In this document: in pieces, positions 7,418 to 10,672 of the stretch | Numbering within the stretch: position 1 is the stretch's first letter | Layout: each line of letters begins with the position of its first letter | From: a virus | Taxonomy: Duplodnaviria; Heunggongvirae; Uroviricota; Caudoviricetes | Strand: one strand, 5' to 3' | IMG/VR virus record: IMGVR_UViG_2648501787_000005 | Length of the DNA: 10,672 nucleotides | Program-made: the position numbers and the translations under genes | Notes under the pieces: generated by a model | What the model saw: only the letters and a program-made list of their open reading frames with translations | The model's database searches: none | What the model was told of the DNA's origin: nothing

Positions 7418-8122
7418 TTAACTGACGGTTACAGTGCAGGAAGTGGAGGTCACTTTGTTAACCGGGCTCGCTGAATCAGAAATCTCGCAGGTATACGCAC
7501 CGGCATCACCGGATGCTGCTGATGCCTTACTGAACGTTGCCGCCGTCTGTCCGGAAACAGGAGAACCACCTTTTTTCCAGGCATAAGAATAAGGCGGCAC
7601 ACCACCCACAGCCTCAACCGCCATTTCAAGTTTCGCTCCGGAAGCAACCCGCAGCGTGCTTTTTAAATCGACCTTCACTTTCAGCGGCTCTGTCGTCAGC
7701 ACAGGCTTACCTTTCAGGCGCAGAGAAAACGTTGCAGCCACAACACCATTGGTTCCTGCAGACCAGGTATGCTGACGCACCTCTGCCATAAAGGTAAATC
7801 CGTTGCCTGACGGAAAAATAACTTTAAAGCCATACGTGGTGTCATTGTCATAGGCACTGCGCAACGCGTTCTGGGCAGCATTCAGATAAAAGTTGCCTGA
7901 CATGGAAATCTCTGAAGCAGCCCCAAGACCGTTAATATTTTCCTGCTCAACAGAACACAGCGTGGTGACATCAATATCCTGCTTTTGTCCTGCGGTAAAC
8001 TGCACCTCTTTGATTGTACAGCTCAGGCCAAGATAGCTGGCAGAATCCAGGGTTTCTGCTGTTACCGGTGCAGACGAAATCATAATTTTCGTCAGTTGCG
8101 AACGCTCAAAATTAGAGGACAT
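7418..8122 (-). CDS. Major tail (tube) protein with C-terminal Ig-like domain
   Basis: 234-aa ORF directly upstream of G; ATG at 8122 with AGGAGA upstream; C-terminal ~85 aa (...PPYSYAWKKGG...GAYTCEISD...CTVTVS) has an Ig-like/Big_2-like pattern as in the lambda gpV C-terminal domain; N-terminal tube domain is not lambda V-like. Confidence 0.8.
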   Translation of the reverse strand: MSSNFERSQLTKIMISSAPVTAETLDSASYLGLSCTIKEVQFTAGQKQDIDVTTLCSVEQENINGLGAASEISMSGNFYLNAAQNALRSAYDNDTTYGFKVIFPSGNGFTFMAEVRQHTWSAGTNGVVAATFSLRLKGKPVLTTEPLKVKVDLKSTLRVASGAKLEMAVEAVGGVPPYSYAWKKGGSPVSGQTAATFSKASAASGDAGAYTCEISDSASPVNKVTSTSCTVTVS

Positions 8123-8133
8123 ACTCGTCTCCT

Positions 8134-8161
8134 GAAAATAAAAAAACCCGCCAGCGGCGGG
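8134..8161 (-). terminator. Predicted intrinsic terminator between the tail terminator gene and the major tail gene
   Basis: Minus strand CCCGCC-GCT-GGCGGG (6-bp all-GC stem) followed by TTTTTTTATTTT, then AGGAGA and the major tail ATG. Confidence 0.5.
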
Positions 8162-8182
8162 TGGGTAAAATCATTAATGACC

Positions 8183-8527
8183 TCAGGCTATTACCTGGAA
8201 TTCAAGCGTGGCTCTGCTCAGACGGGAGTCAGGATCATAACCCTGCGTTTTAGAAATAACGGAGGGTGCCAGTTTTCTTACCGCATCAAGCGCCTGCTCA
8301 CGAATATTATCTGCGTCATCAGGTACTGTCGCCCAGACATCGATCTGCACGGTAATTCTGGATTCAGCCTGCCCATCAAGCACATCAGATACCGTGTCAG
8401 ACACCACAGAAAACACCAGCCACGGCGGAGATACCGCAGGCTTTCCCTCCGTCAGCGGGACCACATAAGGATAAACCTGTCCTCCGGCCAGCTGAGACAA
8501 CAGGGAATACAGTGTGGCCTCCCTCAT
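8183..8527 (-). CDS. Tail terminator / tail completion protein (gpU-like position, DUF3168-like)
   Basis: 114-aa ORF immediately upstream of the major tail gene; ATG at 8527 overlaps the upstream stop (ATGA); call rests on size, position and a loose family resemblance. Confidence 0.55.
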   Translation of the reverse strand: MREATLYSLLSQLAGGQVYPYVVPLTEGKPAVSPPWLVFSVVSDTVSDVLDGQAESRITVQIDVWATVPDDADNIREQALDAVRKLAPSVISKTQGYDPDSRLSRATLEFQVIA

Positions 8528-8970
8528 TTACTTAAGACCTCATCAATAGCCTGATTCATTCGCTGTATGGCAACCTGCGCCGCCAGCTCCTCTGTCGTAT
8601 CGAAAGCCGGGCGAATGAATGGATGCGCGGGCATGTTTATCGTTCCCAGCTCCACAAAGCGCCAGTAAAATGCATTTCGGGGATCGCTGGCTTTCATGCT
8701 GTTATCACTGTTTCCGGTTCGCAGGTTCCGTCCGCGAATGTGGACACCCGAGATAATTTCCCCCCGACGCTTTGAACGCTGAGTGAGAACAACCACATTT
8801 TTCTTCAGTTTCCCGGTTCGCTCTGGCGCACGTTCAACAACTGCATCCCGCATAACTTCAGCACCGGCACGGGTGGCATCGCGCAGAACCTTATTGTTTT
8901 CTGCCCTGCTGAGCGTCTCCAAATCCCGTGCAATATCCGCCAGGCCAGAAAAATCAAGACTGAAATCCAT
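8524..8970 (-). CDS. HK97 gp10-like tail component (head-tail joining / tail completion)
   Basis: 148 aa from ATG 8970 (track start is GTG 8973); ...AFYWRFVELGT...PAHPFIRPAF... resembles the HK97 gp10 family; start overlaps the upstream stop (TGATG). Confidence 0.65.
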   Translation of the reverse strand: MDFSLDFSGLADIARDLETLSRAENNKVLRDATRAGAEVMRDAVVERAPERTGKLKKNVVVLTQRSKRRGEIISGVHIRGRNLRTGNSDNSMKASDPRNAFYWRFVELGTINMPAHPFIRPAFDTTEELAAQVAIQRMNQAIDEVLSK

Positions 8971-9308
8971 CACACATTCCCCTTCAGGCTGCAGAGTATT
9001 TCAAGCCGGGTAGCGCGTGCATCCGGTATTGGTGGACCTTCTATACCCAGAATGGCCCCTTTAAATGCACCGGTCAGCACTTTTAGACATGAAGTTGCTG
9101 TTACATCTCGCCGGAATCTCATCCAGACTCTGACCGTAGCCTGAGCGGTTTCTGCTCCGCCTGAGATTATCTCCCTCCCGCTGATACCCTTAACTTCTGC
9201 CCATACGGTAGCTCCCTCCGTCACCGTCTCCACCGGATGCCCTGACGGAGAGCGGGCGGTGGTGACATTCAGAATAATTACGCGATCACGTAATCTGCCC
9301 GCCTGCAT
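8970..9308 (-). CDS. Head-tail adaptor / head closure protein
   Basis: 112-aa ORF; MQAGRLRDRV...VWAEVKGISGRE... is the typical pattern of the phage head-tail joining family; strong RBS GGAGGAGG before ATG 9308. Confidence 0.7.
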   Translation of the reverse strand: MQAGRLRDRVIILNVTTARSPSGHPVETVTEGATVWAEVKGISGREIISGGAETAQATVRVWMRFRRDVTATSCLKVLTGAFKGAILGIEGPPIPDARATRLEILCSLKGNV

Positions 9309-9316
9309 GCCTCCTC

Positions 9317-9634
9317 CTACAAAGGAATAAAACGATAAGGCTCCAGCAGAGAAGAAAAACCAAACGGGACTGGTGCCTTGCTGACATCTGAGGAATTTTC
9401 CCGGTTTTCGTACCAGTGCCCGACCAGCAACATGAGCGCCAGCAAAACATCATCAGCTATAAGCACCCCTTCAGGATCACCTTCCGGCACCGTCTCCTCA
9501 TAAAGCTTACGGTTGATAAAATTTTCTGCCTTGCGGCAGGCAGCCCGGAAATACAGCATCAGTAACTCATCATCAGTTGCATCATCTGTATCAATACGGC
9601 ACTGCGCCCTGAGTTTTTCCACTATTGCTGCCAT
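9317..9634 (-). CDS. gp6-like head-tail connector protein
   Basis: Start placed at ATG 9634 (AGGAG 6 nt upstream), giving 105 aa MAAIVEKLRAQCRIDTDDATDDELLMLYFRAACRKAENF..., typical of the gp6-like connector family. The first ~60 codons of track ORF 9317..9814 overlap the terminator and capsid gene and are rejected. Confidence 0.7.
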   Translation of the reverse strand: MAAIVEKLRAQCRIDTDDATDDELLMLYFRAACRKAENFINRKLYEETVPEGDPEGVLIADDVLLALMLLVGHWYENRENSSDVSKAPVPFGFSSLLEPYRFIPL

Positions 9635-9645
9635 CAGAAACTCCT

Positions 9646-9665
9646 GCCCGCAACACTGTGCGGGC
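9646..9665 (-). promoter_or_regulatory. Stem-loop abutting the RBS of the connector gene
   Basis: Minus strand GCCCGCA-CAGTGT-TGCGGGC (7-bp stem) immediately 5' of AGGAG and the ATG at 9634. Confidence 0.3.
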
Positions 9666-9667
9666 AT

Positions 9668-9689
9668 AAAAAAACCGCGTCGGCGCGGT
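9668..9689 (-). terminator. Predicted intrinsic terminator after the major capsid gene
   Basis: Minus strand ACCGCG-CCGA-CGCGGT followed by TTTTTTT, 20 nt after the capsid stop (9711..9713). Confidence 0.55.
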
Positions 9690-9710
9690 CTGTAACTGAA
9701 CAACGAGTGG

Positions 9711-10541
9711 TTATTTGCCAGTGAGCGCCTTGATGGCTGCCACATCTTCCAGCACACAGTCAAAACGATGGAAAGCCAGAAATGCCACCTGATCAAACTC
9801 AGCATAACGCTCAACCAGACGTTTCAGTTCCATATAAGTAACGCGGCGAATGATAAAGCGGTTGAAATCCCCCAGGAAAATGAATTTTTTTCCGGTACCA
9901 ATCCCGTCAATAGCCTGATCAATAACATAAGGGATCCCCAGCACAGTAGCCGGCGTACCGCCTGCAATATCCGGCAGCCATAACGGGCGTTTCTGTCCAT
10001 CCTCCATCTCTTCAATAGTCTGCAATGTGGCATCATTGAATGCCCAGCGGTATTTCGGCCCACCACGATATGCCGGATCAATGGCATGTTTCAGGGCATT
10101 CATTTCTTTCCAGGTGAAAGCGGCAGAGGCTGCAGTCTGGATGGTTCCCGTCACCGACGCTGCCAGCCCTTTTGGCTGTAACGGTGATCCCGTTCCGGTC
10201 CCCTGAACCAGATATTTTGCCTCTCCACGACCAATACGCTGGGCAATACGGTTTGCCAGATAAGATTCAATATCCACCCCACTGTCCTGGAGCAGCTCAT
10301 TGGACACACGAATTATTTTTGATGACAGCTTTTTAGCCCCCAGAATAGCGGTCCCGAACGTCACATCCTGTTCCGTTGCGGCTGTATTTTCCGCCAGCAG
10401 TTCGCCCTCTTCAGTCGTGCCATCAGACGTTGACCAGGTGATATCCTGCCCGGTTGATGTGGTCAGAAGTTGCGCCACACTGGCAATCCCGCCATAAGCC
10501 TTCATGGTGTCAATGATTTTGTTACGCATCTGCGTGGGCAC
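9711..10541 (-). CDS. Major capsid protein, HK97 family (no delta domain)
   Basis: 276-aa ORF followed by gp6-like connector and adaptor genes in HK97 order; sequence pattern (...ELLQDSGVDIESYL...GTGTGSPLQPKGL...FIFLGDFNRFIIRRV...) fits the HK97-type capsid family. Start uncertain: GTG 10541 or ATG 10529, neither with a strong RBS. Confidence 0.75.
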   Translation of the reverse strand: MPTQMRNKIIDTMKAYGGIASVAQLLTTSTGQDITWSTSDGTTEEGELLAENTAATEQDVTFGTAILGAKKLSSKIIRVSNELLQDSGVDIESYLANRIAQRIGRGEAKYLVQGTGTGSPLQPKGLAASVTGTIQTAASAAFTWKEMNALKHAIDPAYRGGPKYRWAFNDATLQTIEEMEDGQKRPLWLPDIAGGTPATVLGIPYVIDQAIDGIGTGKKFIFLGDFNRFIIRRVTYMELKRLVERYAEFDQVAFLAFHRFDCVLEDVAAIKALTGK

Positions 10542-10578
10542 CGTATATCCGCCCTGAGAATCCGTTGTTACACTCTGA

Positions 10579-10672
<94 letters not shown>

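Noticed and set aside
7985-8554. 189-aa plus-strand ORF, and the other long plus-strand ORFs (e.g. 696..1085, 1975..2403, 1728..2093, 5389..5622)
   Set aside because: Each lies entirely antisense to a well-supported minus-strand structural gene, is Arg/Pro/Ser-rich and low-complexity, and has no RBS or operon context. Such antisense ORFs are expected in GC-rich coding DNA.
9635-9814. N-terminal 60 codons of track ORF 9317..9814
   Set aside because: This extension runs through the terminator hairpins and into the capsid gene. The ATG at 9634 has a proper AGGAG RBS and yields a typical gp6-like connector N-terminus.
9884-9890. Run of 7 A (minus strand) inside the capsid gene as a second frameshift site
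   Set aside because: The -1 frame after it reaches a stop within about 25 codons, and no conserved alternative product is expected there. Most likely a chance homopolymer.

Overview
The whole window is one uninterrupted, minus-strand block of virion late genes from a lambdoid siphovirus (prophage or phage) of an enterobacterium. I found no convincing novel or non-structural system: every stretch of coding capacity is explained by morphogenesis genes, with no tRNA, rRNA, CRISPR, IS element or cargo ('moron') gene detected. Reading right to left (direction of transcription): tail of an unidentified upstream gene; HK97-family major capsid protein; gp6-like head-tail connector; head-tail adaptor; HK97 gp10-like tail component; tail terminator (U-like); major tail protein with a C-terminal Ig-like domain; tail chaperone G and its -1 frameshift extension T; a 1077-aa tape measure protein; then tail-tip genes M, L, K, I and the first 356 codons of J, which closely match phage lambda as I recall it. 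The long plus-strand ORFs in the track are all antisense to these genes and I treat them as spurious. The points worth a second look are the A_AAA_AAG frameshift site, four GC-hairpin/U-tract elements in intergenic gaps of the operon, the 103-nt K/I overlap, and the apparent mosaic joint between the lambda-like tip module and a non-lambda tape measure and head-tail module. All homology statements come from reading the translations and from memory of the protein families; no database search was run.
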